IMG/VR virus record: IMGVR_UViG_3300042549_009011
Location: 32,001 to 96,000 of that record
Reading direction: 5' to 3' (one strand)
DNA: 64,000 nucleotides
DNA from: a virus
The translations under genes were made by a program, and so were the position numbers. Shown here piece after piece: positions 1 through 10,022 of the stretch. Numbering within the stretch: the first letter of the stretch is position 1; every line of letters begins with the position of its first letter. Below the pieces are notes generated by a model that ran no database searches, was not told where the DNA came from, and saw only the letters and a program-made list of their open reading frames with translations.

Positions 1-2
1 GA

Positions 3-242
3 ATCGAAGCTCTTGCCAAAGATCTTAACGGATCAAGACAAAACAGACTTAAAGAAAAAGGCGAAGGTGGCGGAAGTATTTTAGCTCTAGTCGAAGCTTT
101 CCAAGAAAAAGAAGAAAGAGGTAGGATGGTTTTAATGGCAGAATTGCAAAATAAACTAATCGAAGAAGAAGCCGACAGACTAGAATCTATGGAAGAATTA
201 AAAGCAAGAATTTTAGGTATATCCAAACACGAATTACTATAA
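3..242 (+). CDS. 5'-truncated hypothetical helical protein upstream of the packaging genes (possibly small terminase-like)
   Basis: Open frame from position 3 (IEALAKDLNG...ILGISKHELL) to TAA at 240-242; charged helical sequence; position just upstream of the TerL region. Confidence 0.5.
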   Translation: MEALAKDLNGSRQNRLKEKGEGGGSILALVEAFQEKEERGRMVLMAELQNKLIEEEADRLESMEELKARILGISKHELL

Positions 243-243
243 T

Positions 244-1188
244 ATGGAAAACAAGTTTACATGTTTAGAGTGTGATAAAAATTTTGATAGCAAACGTTCT
301 CTTCACGCTCATTTAAAAGCCCACTTCGATCACATGGGCGATTATTATACAAAATTTTATATAAAAAAAGATTTATTGACTGGAGAACAGATTCCTTTTT
401 TAAATTATGAGCAATACATCAACCAAGATTTTATCTGTCACGAAAATTTCAAACAATGGTTGTCCAAAGAAGAAATCGGTAAAGTAAAAAAATATATTTT
501 AGAAAGAGCATCCAAAAGGTTTGAAGAAAAAAATGTTAAAATATCTCCACCTAATCTTTTCTATACGCTTTCTCATATGGCTGACATAGAAGACTGCAAA
601 AGAATCTTTGGTTCTTATTGCGATTTTTTAGAGCAGATGAAATTAGAAAAATGGTTTAATAAAAATTTACCAAAAGACTTTTGGGAAAACGAATGTTCTG
701 ATCTTGAGATACTAATTGACACAAGAGAACAACAACCGCTGAATTTTCCAAAATATATAGACTGCAAATTAGATTTTGGAGACTATACTGCTGGTGGAGA
801 AAAATATTCTAAGACTTTTGTTGACAGGAAGGCTGTTGGGGATTTCTGTTCAACTTTTTCTGGAGGTATAGAACGTTTTAAAAGAGAAATGGATAGATGT
901 GTAGAATTTAATTCCTACATGTTTATTGTTGTTGAGTCTAGTGTTGATAAAATCAATTCAGACAATAAAAAATTTGTAAAGAACTTATCTTATGTTTGGC
1001 ATAACGTAAAACAGGTAATGCTAGAGTATCCAAACAACGTACAATTTGTTTTTGCTCACTCAAGAAAGGGCGCTCAAAAAATCATACCAAAAATTCTTTT
1101 CTATGGAGATTCTATTTGGAACACTGATGTTAACTTTTTTTTAGAAAGGAGAATAAATGGCTTGGTTAAAGGGCAAACAGAAAACTAG
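244..1188 (+). CDS. C2H2 zinc finger fused to an ERCC4/XPF-like nuclease domain
   Basis: N-terminal FTCLECDKNFDSKRSLHAHLKAH (C-x2-C-x12-H-x3-H); C-terminal IDTREQ, GDY and VDRKxxxD, matching ERCC4 motifs with ERK changed to DRK. Confidence 0.8.
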   Translation: MENKFTCLECDKNFDSKRSLHAHLKAHFDHMGDYYTKFYIKKDLLTGEQIPFLNYEQYINQDFICHENFKQWLSKEEIGKVKKYILERASKRFEEKNVKISPPNLFYTLSHMADIEDCKRIFGSYCDFLEQMKLEKWFNKNLPKDFWENECSDLEILIDTREQQPLNFPKYIDCKLDFGDYTAGGEKYSKTFVDRKAVGDFCSTFSGGIERFKREMDRCVEFNSYMFIVVESSVDKINSDNKKFVKNLSYVWHNVKQVMLEYPNNVQFVFAHSRKGAQKIIPKILFYGDSIWNTDVNFFLERRINGLVKGQTEN

Positions 1189-3055
1189 GATGGAATTCGC
1201 ATCTAAAGAGTTAAATAAAAAACTCTTAGAGATGGACGAACAATTATCAGAAGAAGATGCGAGGTATTATTTATATTTGTTTTTAAGAAACAATATTTCT
1301 TTTGCCGCAGAATTGTTTTTAGGCATTAAGCTATTCCCATTCCAAGCTTTAGCTATTAAGGGAATGATGATTTCCGATTATTCTATGTTTGTATTTTCAA
1401 GGGGTATGTCTAAAACATACTCTACTGCTGTTTATATTCTGCTTGAGTGCATTCTTAGCCCCAAAGCTAATATTGGAGTTATTGCTGGATCTTTTAGACA
1501 GGCTAAAATGATTTTCCAAAAAATGGAAGATATTTTGGGTAAGCCAGAAGCTAAACTAGCTAAAGATTGTGGTATAAAAATTACAAAAGGCACAGATATG
1601 TGGACTCTTACTGTAGGCAAAGGTAGAGCTATCGCATTACCATTGGCAAATGGCGAGCGTCTTCGTGGTTTCAGATTTAATAGAATTGTTCTGGACGAGT
1701 TCATCACTATTCCAGAAAAGATTTTCACAGAAGTTATTCTTCCGTTCCTTGGCGTTATTGAAAACCCAGTAGAAAGAGAAGAGATGTATCAGCTTGAAGA
1801 TAAGCTGATAAAATCAGGCATGATGAGAGAAGAAGAAAGATACGTTTGGCCCAACAACAAACTAATTATTCTTTCTTCTCCTTCATTTAAGTTTGAATAC
1901 ATGTATAAGCTATTTAAAAAATATGAAGCACTTATTTTCAAAGAAGATGACTCTCAAATTGAAGAAGAAGATGATGAAGATCTAAGTGACAATGCTTATA
2001 GATTAATAATGCAATTAAGTTATGACTGTGCGCCAAAAAGATTATACGACCAAAACTTATTAAAACAAGCAAAGGCAACCATGTCTGAAATGCAGTTCAT
2101 GAGAGAGTTTGGCGCTCAGTTTGTTGACGAAAGCGATGGATATTTTAGGCTTTCTAAAATGGCTGCTTGCACTATTATGGATGGAGAGTTTCCAGCGGTT
2201 GAGATTGCAGGTAATTCATCAGACGAGTATATTATTTCTTTCGACCCCAACTGGGCTGGCAATTCTAGTGCTGACCATTTTGCAATGCATGTATTCAAGG
2301 TGGATAGAGAGTCAGAAAAGGGATGCTTAGTTCATTCTTATGCAATTGCTGGAGTTGATTTAAAAGAGCATATGTTTTATTTCCATTATTTATTAACTCA
2401 TTTCAATATAGTTGGTATTTGCGGAGACTATAACGGGGGCGTTCAATTTATACAATCTTGTAACGAAAGTAAATTATTTCAGGATTCTAAAATATTTATT
2501 AACGTTATGGAAGTCGATTTCGACAAACCAGAACTGTATTTAGATGACCTTAGAGAGTTTAAGAATCAATATAATAGAAAAGAAAAAAAATATTGTATTC
2601 TTAGAAAACCATCTTCAAACTGGATTAGGGAAGCAAACGAAATGTTACAGGCAGCAATCGACCACAAAAGAATTCTTTTTGGCGCTCGCGCTTTAGACTC
2701 TCATTTCGAAGAACAGAGAAAGAAAAACATACCAATAGATAATTTGAAATGGGATTTGGGCATCCAAAGATCTTCTCAAGGAGCTATGATGATTGATTTC
2801 ATAGATCATCAAAAAAGTATAATCGAACTTACAAAGTCGGAATGTGCCAATATCGAAGTTGCATCTAATCCGCAAGGAAGTCAGTCATTTCAACTTCCTC
2901 AAAACTTTCGAAGACAAAAAGGACCAAATAGAGCAAGAAAAGATTCTTATTCTGCTTTGGTTTTAGGCAATTGGTTTTTAAAAATATTTTTCGATGCACA
3001 AAATACCAAGGAAGTAAAAAAACAAACTAGCACTTTTACTCCTTTTATAATTTGA
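1157..3055 (+). CDS. terL: Terminase large subunit
   Basis: Adenine-binding LFPFQ, Walker A SRGMSKT, LRG...IVLDE Walker B, REFGAQF linker, nuclease acidic motifs (SFDP, RKDSYSAL); directly upstream of portal. Confidence 0.9.
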   Translation: MAWLKGKQKTRMEFASKELNKKLLEMDEQLSEEDARYYLYLFLRNNISFAAELFLGIKLFPFQALAIKGMMISDYSMFVFSRGMSKTYSTAVYILLECILSPKANIGVIAGSFRQAKMIFQKMEDILGKPEAKLAKDCGIKITKGTDMWTLTVGKGRAIALPLANGERLRGFRFNRIVLDEFITIPEKIFTEVILPFLGVIENPVEREEMYQLEDKLIKSGMMREEERYVWPNNKLIILSSPSFKFEYMYKLFKKYEALIFKEDDSQIEEEDDEDLSDNAYRLIMQLSYDCAPKRLYDQNLLKQAKATMSEMQFMREFGAQFVDESDGYFRLSKMAACTIMDGEFPAVEIAGNSSDEYIISFDPNWAGNSSADHFAMHVFKVDRESEKGCLVHSYAIAGVDLKEHMFYFHYLLTHFNIVGICGDYNGGVQFIQSCNESKLFQDSKIFINVMEVDFDKPELYLDDLREFKNQYNRKEKKYCILRKPSSNWIREANEMLQAAIDHKRILFGARALDSHFEEQRKKNIPIDNLKWDLGIQRSSQGAMMIDFIDHQKSIIELTKSECANIEVASNPQGSQSFQLPQNFRRQKGPNRARKDSYSALVLGNWFLKIFFDAQNTKEVKKQTSTFTPFII

Positions 3056-3083
3056 AAGTTTAAAAGTCAACTTTATAAAGTTA

Positions 3084-3089
3084 GTGTAA
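3084..3089 (+). promoter_or_regulatory. GTGTAA putative late promoter (portal)
   Basis: 9 nt before ATG 3099. Confidence 0.7.
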
Positions 3090-3098
3090 CATTTATAT

Positions 3099-5132
3099 AT
3101 GTCGGAAAAACGCAAATATCAAAAAAGATCAGATTATTGGAGTAAGTTTCAAAAGGCAGAAAGCTCTTCTTTAGAATTGTTTTCAAAACCGACAGATTTT
3201 TCTCCAGAGCTTATTGGCGAAAGTTATTACGAATCCAATGCAAGTTGTGGCACAAAAATAGGTACAGAGTATAGAAAAAATTCTGTTTCCAAAAACCCAA
3301 CCAAAGATAGGTTTAAAAATATCTATGATGGAGTTTTGCCTTACGATTATTCTGCTGACTTTGTGGATGTTCATGATGCAATCGAACTTTGTCAAAAAGC
3401 TTATTTCAATATTCCAGCATTCAGAAGCACTGTTGATCTTTTATCAGAATTTGCGGATTCAGATATTTACTTGGAAGGTGGAAATGGTAAATCGAGAGCA
3501 TTTATTGAAGCTTGGTTTAGAAGAATAAAAATTCATGACGTAAAAGCCCAATATTTTAGAGAATACTACAGATCTGGTAACGTTTTCTTTTATACGCTTG
3601 AGTCGAAAATAAAAAACTCAGCAGAAAGCTTGATAGAATCTTACGGCGCTGTAAATACACGTTCTGAAATTCCTATTAAATATGTTCTTCTTAACCCTGT
3701 AGATATTGGAGCGAAAGGAGCTATTTCTTTTGGAGATTTTGAATATGTAAAAATTTTAACACCATTTGAAGTTGCAAGATTAAAAAATCCAAACAATCAA
3801 TATGAAAAAGAATTGAGGACTTCTTTACCTAAAGATGTTCTTGAAGGAATTGACAGAGGTGCAAGAAATACCTCAGATAAGATTTACTTAAAAATAGATT
3901 CAAAATCTTTAAATCCTATTTTTGCAAAAAAACAAGATTACGAACCTCTTTCCATTCCAGCATTATTTGCTGTTTTGGACGACATGAATAAAAAGATTGA
4001 ACTTAAAAAAATAGATCAAGCTATAGCACGTTCTATTGAAAATGTTGTTCTACTTGTAACGATGGGTGCAGAGCCAGATAAAGGAGGAATAAATGATAAG
4101 AATATTAGGGCGATGCAAGAGATTTTTAAAAACCAAAGCGTTGGCAGAGTATTAGTTTCCGACTATACCACAAAAGCTGAATTCGTTATTCCTGATCTCA
4201 AAAAGGTTATGGGCAAGGAGAAATACGAAATTTTAAATAAAGATATCGAAGAAGGTTTGCAAAACATTTTAATTGGAGAAAGCAAATATGCAGACACAAA
4301 ATTAAAATTAAAGATTTTCATGAATCGTTTGGAAGAATCAAGAAACCTTTTCTTAAAAGAATTTCTTCAACCAGAAATTAAAAGAATTTGCAAAAGTCTT
4401 GGTATGCGTTCTTTTCCAACAGTTAAGTTTGTGAAAACTGATACTTTAGATGATTCTGATTTACAGAAACTTGTTACTCGTATGATGGAATTAGGTTTAC
4501 TTACTCCAGAGCAAGGTCTTAAAACTATCAGAACTGGTATCTTCCCAAATGAAACTGATCTTGTTCCAGCACAAAAAGATTATTTGGAAAATAGAAAAGA
4601 GGGCTACTATATGCCTTTGGTTAATAGCATTAATCTTCATAAAGAAGACGATGAAGCTAAACAACAAAATTTTGAAAACAAAATGGTTGTTGAACAAAAG
4701 AAAACTACAAGTGATTTAGCAAAAAATACAATTACTCCTTCTCCAGTAGGTACTCCAAAAACAGCTACGTCTTCGCCTTCTTCTGGAGGAAGACCACTAG
4801 GTAAATCTAATGCTACATTCTCAAAGAAAAGCATTCTTTCTACAACAAAAGAAATAAATGAATTTGAGCTTAAAACATTTGCAGCCTTTTCTGAAAAATA
4901 CGGAGTTGAGAAAATGGAAAAAGACAAAGAGTTAATCTCTAGAGTTTCAGAATCAATTATTGTTGCAAAGGAAAAAGAAGAATGGGATGAGACTTTATCT
5001 AAAATTGTTGAAGATTTTGATCACTTGTCTGAATTAAATATTTCTACAGAAGTGCTTGATGTTGGAGCAAAACATCAATTAGATGATCTTGCCGCAGCAA
5101 TTTTATATCACTCTACTAAAAATTCTGTGTAA
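3099..5132 (+). CDS. Portal protein
   Basis: 677 aa directly after TerL; portal-like helical N-terminal region (AFRSTVDLLSEF, FREYYRSGNVF); canonical gene order. Confidence 0.75.
   Translation: MSEKRKYQKRSDYWSKFQKAESSSLELFSKPTDFSPELIGESYYESNASCGTKIGTEYRKNSVSKNPTKDRFKNIYDGVLPYDYSADFVDVHDAIELCQKAYFNIPAFRSTVDLLSEFADSDIYLEGGNGKSRAFIEAWFRRIKIHDVKAQYFREYYRSGNVFFYTLESKIKNSAESLIESYGAVNTRSEIPIKYVLLNPVDIGAKGAISFGDFEYVKILTPFEVARLKNPNNQYEKELRTSLPKDVLEGIDRGARNTSDKIYLKIDSKSLNPIFAKKQDYEPLSIPALFAVLDDMNKKIELKKIDQAIARSIENVVLLVTMGAEPDKGGINDKNIRAMQEIFKNQSVGRVLVSDYTTKAEFVIPDLKKVMGKEKYEILNKDIEEGLQNILIGESKYADTKLKLKIFMNRLEESRNLFLKEFLQPEIKRICKSLGMRSFPTVKFVKTDTLDDSDLQKLVTRMMELGLLTPEQGLKTIRTGIFPNETDLVPAQKDYLENRKEGYYMPLVNSINLHKEDDEAKQQNFENKMVVEQKKTTSDLAKNTITPSPVGTPKTATSSPSSGGRPLGKSNATFSKKSILSTTKEINEFELKTFAAFSEKYGVEKMEKDKELISRVSESIIVAKEKEEWDETLSKIVEDFDHLSELNISTEVLDVGAKHQLDDLAAAILYHSTKNSV
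5127..5132 (+). promoter_or_regulatory. GTGTAA putative late promoter (protease)
   Basis: 9 nt before ATG 5142; formed by the last codon and stop of the portal gene. Confidence 0.7.
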
Positions 5133-5141
5133 CAAGAGCAT

Positions 5142-6776
5142 ATGTCCAAAAAAGAAACCTTTGAAGATTTTTTAAAATCAGAATTTTCAGGCTCGATCAG
5201 AGTTATAACTGATACTGAATTTGATGATTTTGGTGTTTCCAAAGGATCTTTTGTTGCAAAAGCTAAATCTCTTCTTCCAGATGATTTTGATCCTTCTCAA
5301 AATATGGATATTCTTCCAGTTGTTTTCAATTTAGCCAAGGTTAATGAATTCAATAAAAATGGTGATGGAATATCTACAGCAGATGCTATTAACATGGTTA
5401 AAAGATTTGCTAACAAGCCAATAAATATTGAACATAAAAAAGCTAAAATTGTTGGACATATAATCAATGCTTCCTTTTCAGACAAAGAGCCAGATTTTAA
5501 AGAAAACGATATAGAGTCATTTAAAGATAGAACAGATCCTTTTTTTATTAATGCTGCTGGAGTTATTTATGGTCATATTTATCCGAAGTTATCTTCTTTG
5601 ATATCTGAGTCTTCTGACGAAGAGAATGAAACATATCAGTCAATATCGACAAGTTGGGAATTGGCTTTTAAAGATTGGGCGGTAGCCAAAGGTTCTTTGA
5701 AATTAGAAGATTGCGAAATCATTTCTGATAAAGAAGAAATGCTAAAATATAAAAAATATATTAAAAAGTTTGGTGGTAAGGGAGTTGACGAAAAAGGAAT
5801 TCCTATAAATAGACTTATTGTTGGAAACACAATTCCACTAGGTGGAGCATTAACTTATAATCCAGCAGCAGGAGTCAAAGGTGTTTATTTATTAGATGAA
5901 GAACTCACTAATGAACAAGACGACAACGAAGAAGAAAACGAAGACGAAAACGAAAGTAAGGAAATTCAAGAAGATCAATTTGAAGAAAATGAAGAAAATA
6001 ATTCATCTAATTTAAATTTAATTAATGAAAAAAATTCCCTAATTACAAAAAACATTGTAAAGATTAAAAAATTCAAGGATATATTAAATATGAACGATAA
6101 ACAATTCGAACAATTTCTTCAAAAGATGGAGCAAAGCATTGCTTCAGTAACTGGAGAAGAAAGTCAAGCAAAATCCATTGGTGTAATTTTTAAAGACGCT
6201 TTGCTTGAGCAAGGAGAGTCTTGGAAGTCACAAGTCCAAGCAGAAAAAGAAGCAAAAGAAAAGCTTAAAACCGAAATGGAAGAGCTTAAAGCCTCCTTCG
6301 AAGATTCGAAAAAAGAACTTGATGCAATCAAAGCAGAAATGGAAACAAAAGCTGCTGTTGAACTTTTCAATTCTCGCATGAATTTCCTTGAAGACAAATT
6401 TGAATTTTCCGAAAAAGAACTTGAATTTGTTGTTGCCGAAGTCAAAGGACTTGGCTCAGAAGAAGTAAATTTTGAAACCTATAAAGAAAAAGTATCTACT
6501 CTTTTCTCACATAAATTAAAAGAAGTAATCGCCTCTCAGAAAAAAGAGGTGGAAGCAAAAATCGAAGAAGAAGTTGCAAAACGCCTTTCTGAAAAAACAG
6601 AAACTTCTAATGCTTCCGTAGTAGACGAAGAAAAAGTAGAAGCTACAGATGAAGAAAAAGACTTGGAAACCGAAGAAGCAAAAGCTAACGTTATTAATAA
6701 TAACGCCCAGTCAAGCACAGAGGAGTCCTTGATTCAAAAACTAAAGCAGAGTTTTTCTGTCGAAGTGACCAACTAA
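5142..6776 (+). CDS. Prohead protease fused to C-terminal scaffold coiled coil
   Basis: NKNGDG, KPINIEH and SISTSWEL protease-like motifs, then an acidic linker and an E/K-rich coiled coil; lies between portal and capsid genes. Confidence 0.75.
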   Translation: MSKKETFEDFLKSEFSGSIRVITDTEFDDFGVSKGSFVAKAKSLLPDDFDPSQNMDILPVVFNLAKVNEFNKNGDGISTADAINMVKRFANKPINIEHKKAKIVGHIINASFSDKEPDFKENDIESFKDRTDPFFINAAGVIYGHIYPKLSSLISESSDEENETYQSISTSWELAFKDWAVAKGSLKLEDCEIISDKEEMLKYKKYIKKFGGKGVDEKGIPINRLIVGNTIPLGGALTYNPAAGVKGVYLLDEELTNEQDDNEEENEDENESKEIQEDQFEENEENNSSNLNLINEKNSLITKNIVKIKKFKDILNMNDKQFEQFLQKMEQSIASVTGEESQAKSIGVIFKDALLEQGESWKSQVQAEKEAKEKLKTEMEELKASFEDSKKELDAIKAEMETKAAVELFNSRMNFLEDKFEFSEKELEFVVAEVKGLGSEEVNFETYKEKVSTLFSHKLKEVIASQKKEVEAKIEEEVAKRLSEKTETSNASVVDEEKVEATDEEKDLETEEAKANVINNNAQSSTEESLIQKLKQSFSVEVTN

Positions 6777-6794
6777 TAAAAAAATATAAATATT

Positions 6795-7412
6795 ATGTCC
6801 AATACAATTACAAGAATGCTACCATTCCGTCAGATCAACGAGAACGATGTTATCAACATGTTTTCTCTTGATACTATCACAGGAGAGGCTGGATCACTTG
6901 TCAAGATTAGCTCTGCCAACCTTGATTTAGATCCTGTTAATCTTATCGAACGTGCCGATTCACTCGGTTTCCAAAACTATTTGGGTAATGCTTCGTCATT
7001 ATATCCAGAAGTTCCTTATAAAGTAACGAAAGTTGCGAACACTGGAGAGCGCCCAATTGGTATTCTCTTGAAAGATGTTCGTTCAGTTGATGAAAACGGT
7101 GAGAATCTTCAATATTATCCACGCAAGAAAGAAGAACTTCAATGCGTTCTCTCTGGAGAAGCTGTGCCTATCGCTACTCGCGGTATCTTTATGCTTAACT
7201 CAAGAGCGCTTGCTGGTGGACTCGCTCCTGCAATCAACTCTTATGCAATTCCTTCTGCAAACGGAACTTTGACAGGTGTTGCCGCAGCTTCCGCAACAGC
7301 AACTCAAAAAGAGTATGCAGTTGGTAAATTCATCGCAACTGGTTCTCGCGCATCTCAACAAGATACCGACGAATACGCTGGTGTGTATGCAGTCCTTAAA
7401 CTTGAACTCTAA
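6795..7412 (+). CDS. Head decoration / minor capsid protein
   Basis: Immediately upstream of the major capsid gene; PIGILL...VPIATRG beta-rich pattern; high-expression codon bias (CGT/CGC, AAC). Confidence 0.6.
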   Translation: MSNTITRMLPFRQINENDVINMFSLDTITGEAGSLVKISSANLDLDPVNLIERADSLGFQNYLGNASSLYPEVPYKVTKVANTGERPIGILLKDVRSVDENGENLQYYPRKKEELQCVLSGEAVPIATRGIFMLNSRALAGGLAPAINSYAIPSANGTLTGVAAASATATQKEYAVGKFIATGSRASQQDTDEYAGVYAVLKLEL

Positions 7413-7426
7413 TAAGAAACAGATAA

Positions 7427-8569
7427 ATGAAAATTACTATTAACAGAACAGAAGACCAACTTGCTTTGGTAAAGGCAATGGGAAGCAACAACCGCGAAGA
7501 GGCTTACGAGGCTCAAGCTGCGGTTGCTGAACTCATGAGTCCAGTCATCAACGAGGTAATCAATAACGCGCAATCTATTGGAAATCTTTTCTCCACCATG
7601 ACTTTTGGTGCAGATGATAATCCTTCGATTCCTCTCGACTTGTTTTATGATATCACTGATGAAGATTTCATCACTGTATATTCACAGCAAGTAGCTGGTG
7701 GACTTCCTTACAGCCAAGTATTCCCTGCACACAACGAACTCAAGTTCTCTACCTACACTCTTGACAGTGCTTTCGCATTCGACAAGAAGTATGTTCGTAA
7801 GAGCCGCTTGGATGTTGTCAGTAAAACATTTACTCGTATGGCACAAGAGATTCTCCTTAAACAAGAGAAAACAGCATTCAACGTTCTTGCCGCTGCACTT
7901 GTCCGTGGTAACACCAAAATTGGTGCTGGTTCTTCTGCTTTCGGCAACCACATCATTGGTTCAACTACTGAAAACCAATTCACATTGGACGACTTCAATC
8001 GTCTCATCACTCGTTGCAAACGCATCAGTGCTTCCTTCTCTGGAGGAACTCCTGTTGGTGGAGCAAAAGTTGGTGTTACCGATATGATGGTTTCTCCAGA
8101 AATGATCCAAGAACTTCGTGCAATGGCTTATCAGCCAATCAACACTCGTCAAGCACCTTCTGGTGTCTCTTCGATTGCAGGAACAGAAGAATTCCGTAAT
8201 CAGCTTTATTCTGCTGCTGGACTTCCTTCTTTCTATGGAATCAACATGATTGAGATTCTTGAGCTTGGCGTAGGTCAACGCTTCAACAAAATCTTTGATG
8301 CTGTTGTAACTGCAAACGGTGCTACCGTCATTGGTGGTGGTAACTCTGGTACGTTCGTACAAGCAGACGACGAAATCCTTATCGGTATCGACCGTTCACG
8401 TGAGTCATTGGTTCGCCCAGTGGTTCTTGATGAAGATTCTTCAGCAGAATTCTCCATCATGGTTGACGACCAGTTCACCGTTCGCCAAAACAAAGTTGGC
8501 TACTACGGTAAACTTGAAGAAGGTAGAGTTTGCCTTGACGACCGTGCTTTAGTAGGTATTGTTGTCTAA
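7427..8569 (+). CDS. Major capsid protein (HK97-like, inferred)
   Basis: 380 aa; follows protease/scaffold and decoration genes; strong codon bias; followed by a strong terminator. Confidence 0.8.
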   Translation: MKITINRTEDQLALVKAMGSNNREEAYEAQAAVAELMSPVINEVINNAQSIGNLFSTMTFGADDNPSIPLDLFYDITDEDFITVYSQQVAGGLPYSQVFPAHNELKFSTYTLDSAFAFDKKYVRKSRLDVVSKTFTRMAQEILLKQEKTAFNVLAAALVRGNTKIGAGSSAFGNHIIGSTTENQFTLDDFNRLITRCKRISASFSGGTPVGGAKVGVTDMMVSPEMIQELRAMAYQPINTRQAPSGVSSIAGTEEFRNQLYSAAGLPSFYGINMIEILELGVGQRFNKIFDAVVTANGATVIGGGNSGTFVQADDEILIGIDRSRESLVRPVVLDEDSSAEFSIMVDDQFTVRQNKVGYYGKLEEGRVCLDDRALVGIVV

Positions 8570-8585
8570 TTCATGAAATAAAATT

Positions 8586-8619
8586 AGAGCCGCTCCGAAA
8601 GGGGTGGCTCTTTTTTTTT
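8586..8619 (+). terminator. Rho-independent terminator after the major capsid gene
   Basis: AGAGCCGCTCC-GAAA-GGGGTGGCTCT followed by a T run. Confidence 0.9.
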
Positions 8620-8650
8620 GATTTTTTTAATTTAGAATATATCATTATAT

Positions 8651-9088
8651 ATGAACAATCAATTTGATCCAGCTAAATACGAAGAAGAAATCTTAAAACA
8701 CGAAAAAAAATCTCCATCTAAAAATTTAGATATTTCTACTTTTGAAGAATTCGAAGTAACTGATGGCAAAAATAGGGACGAAGAAGATATTCAAAAAATT
8801 AAAGATTTAGAAGAAGTTCTTGGTCTTAGACAATTTAACCCTTATGGTACTTTAAATAGAGATATTTTTGAAGAGAAAATTGGAGATATGACAATGACTG
8901 ATATGCAAAATTTAGCCATGCAAATCGGCTTTCCTCCAAGTAGAGATAGACATGCTTTAAAAAAAGGATTGAAGAAAAGTTTTGATACTTTTTTGAAACA
9001 ACATAGTGTTGGAGCAGTCTTTCAACCTCAACCACTTTTTGATCAGAATTCCCCAAATTACAAAGAGACTGTAAGATTATTTGAATGA
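8651..9088 (+). CDS. Hypothetical protein (head module)
   Basis: 145-aa ORF between the capsid terminator and the neck genes. Confidence 0.5.
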   Translation: MNNQFDPAKYEEEILKHEKKSPSKNLDISTFEEFEVTDGKNRDEEDIQKIKDLEEVLGLRQFNPYGTLNRDIFEEKIGDMTMTDMQNLAMQIGFPPSRDRHALKKGLKKSFDTFLKQHSVGAVFQPQPLFDQNSPNYKETVRLFE

Positions 9089-9588
9089 ATGATTTTGGTA
9101 ATTTAGCTTATAAGATTGTTAAATATGAATTCAAGGAAGATGTTTCTCGTTTTCCTATTTCGTATGTATCTGGATGGCTAGAAACAAATCTAGGAGAATT
9201 AAATGGTCTTATCCATGAAGAGTATTCTATTAATGAAAGTGGGAATATTTCTCCTTGTCCTCTTTCTAATATAGAAGAAAATATTTTCTCTTACTTGTAC
9301 CAAATTAATTATTATGATAAAGCAGCAAGAGAATCTTTGAGGGGTATTGTTTGGAGCAATAACAGCGGCGTTGTTGATGATTGGACTTCTATCAAAGAAG
9401 GAGACTCATCTATACAAAGACAAAGCAAAAATTCAATTTCTAGAACTTATATGGAAATCTCTAAGGAGACAAGGAAAAGACTTAATGATTTAATATATCA
9501 ATATAACTCAACAAAATCTTATCCGTTACAAGTTGCTGGCGATGATGGTTATTATTATGAAATTTACAACAATCACTATGACAGATAA
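9085..9588 (+). CDS. Putative head-tail adaptor
   Basis: Size and position; helical N-terminus followed by SIKEGDSSI beta-hairpin typical of adaptors. Confidence 0.5.
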   Translation: MNDFGNLAYKIVKYEFKEDVSRFPISYVSGWLETNLGELNGLIHEEYSINESGNISPCPLSNIEENIFSYLYQINYYDKAARESLRGIVWSNNSGVVDDWTSIKEGDSSIQRQSKNSISRTYMEISKETRKRLNDLIYQYNSTKSYPLQVAGDDGYYYEIYNNHYDR

Positions 9589-10022
9589 TGGCATCATTAA
9601 TTTCCAACGCGCAAAAATCATCAATTGATTCTGCTTTAAGTCTTTTGCACGATACCTTTAGTATCGAAATTTATGCTTATATAGAAAAATCAGAAAGCGT
9701 AGTATCTGATTTAAATTATAATGCGGTTTATGGATCTTCAAAGAATCAGAGCATCGCTTCTTTCAATAAAACTTTAATCAAAGAGGCTATACAAGCCAGA
9801 GTTAAATTTTTCACCAATCAAGAAGAAAATACTTTACCAGCAAATTTATCAGAATCAAAAGGTTTAGTTCGCATAAAGATTTCTAAAGAGGATTACGAAA
9901 AAATTAAAATTTGCACAAAAATTCAAATTAGAGAAGCTTTTTACACTGTTGATGGTGATGCTGATATTGAGGGAATATTTTCTGATAATTATTATACCAT
10001 TTATTTGAGGCGTGAAAACTAA
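9588..10022 (+). CDS. Putative head closure / stopper protein
   Basis: 144 aa beta-rich ORF ending YYTIYLRREN; TAATG-coupled to the adaptor gene. Confidence 0.45.
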   Translation: MASLISNAQKSSIDSALSLLHDTFSIEIYAYIEKSESVVSDLNYNAVYGSSKNQSIASFNKTLIKEAIQARVKFFTNQEENTLPANLSESKGLVRIKISKEDYEKIKICTKIQIREAFYTVDGDADIEGIFSDNYYTIYLRREN

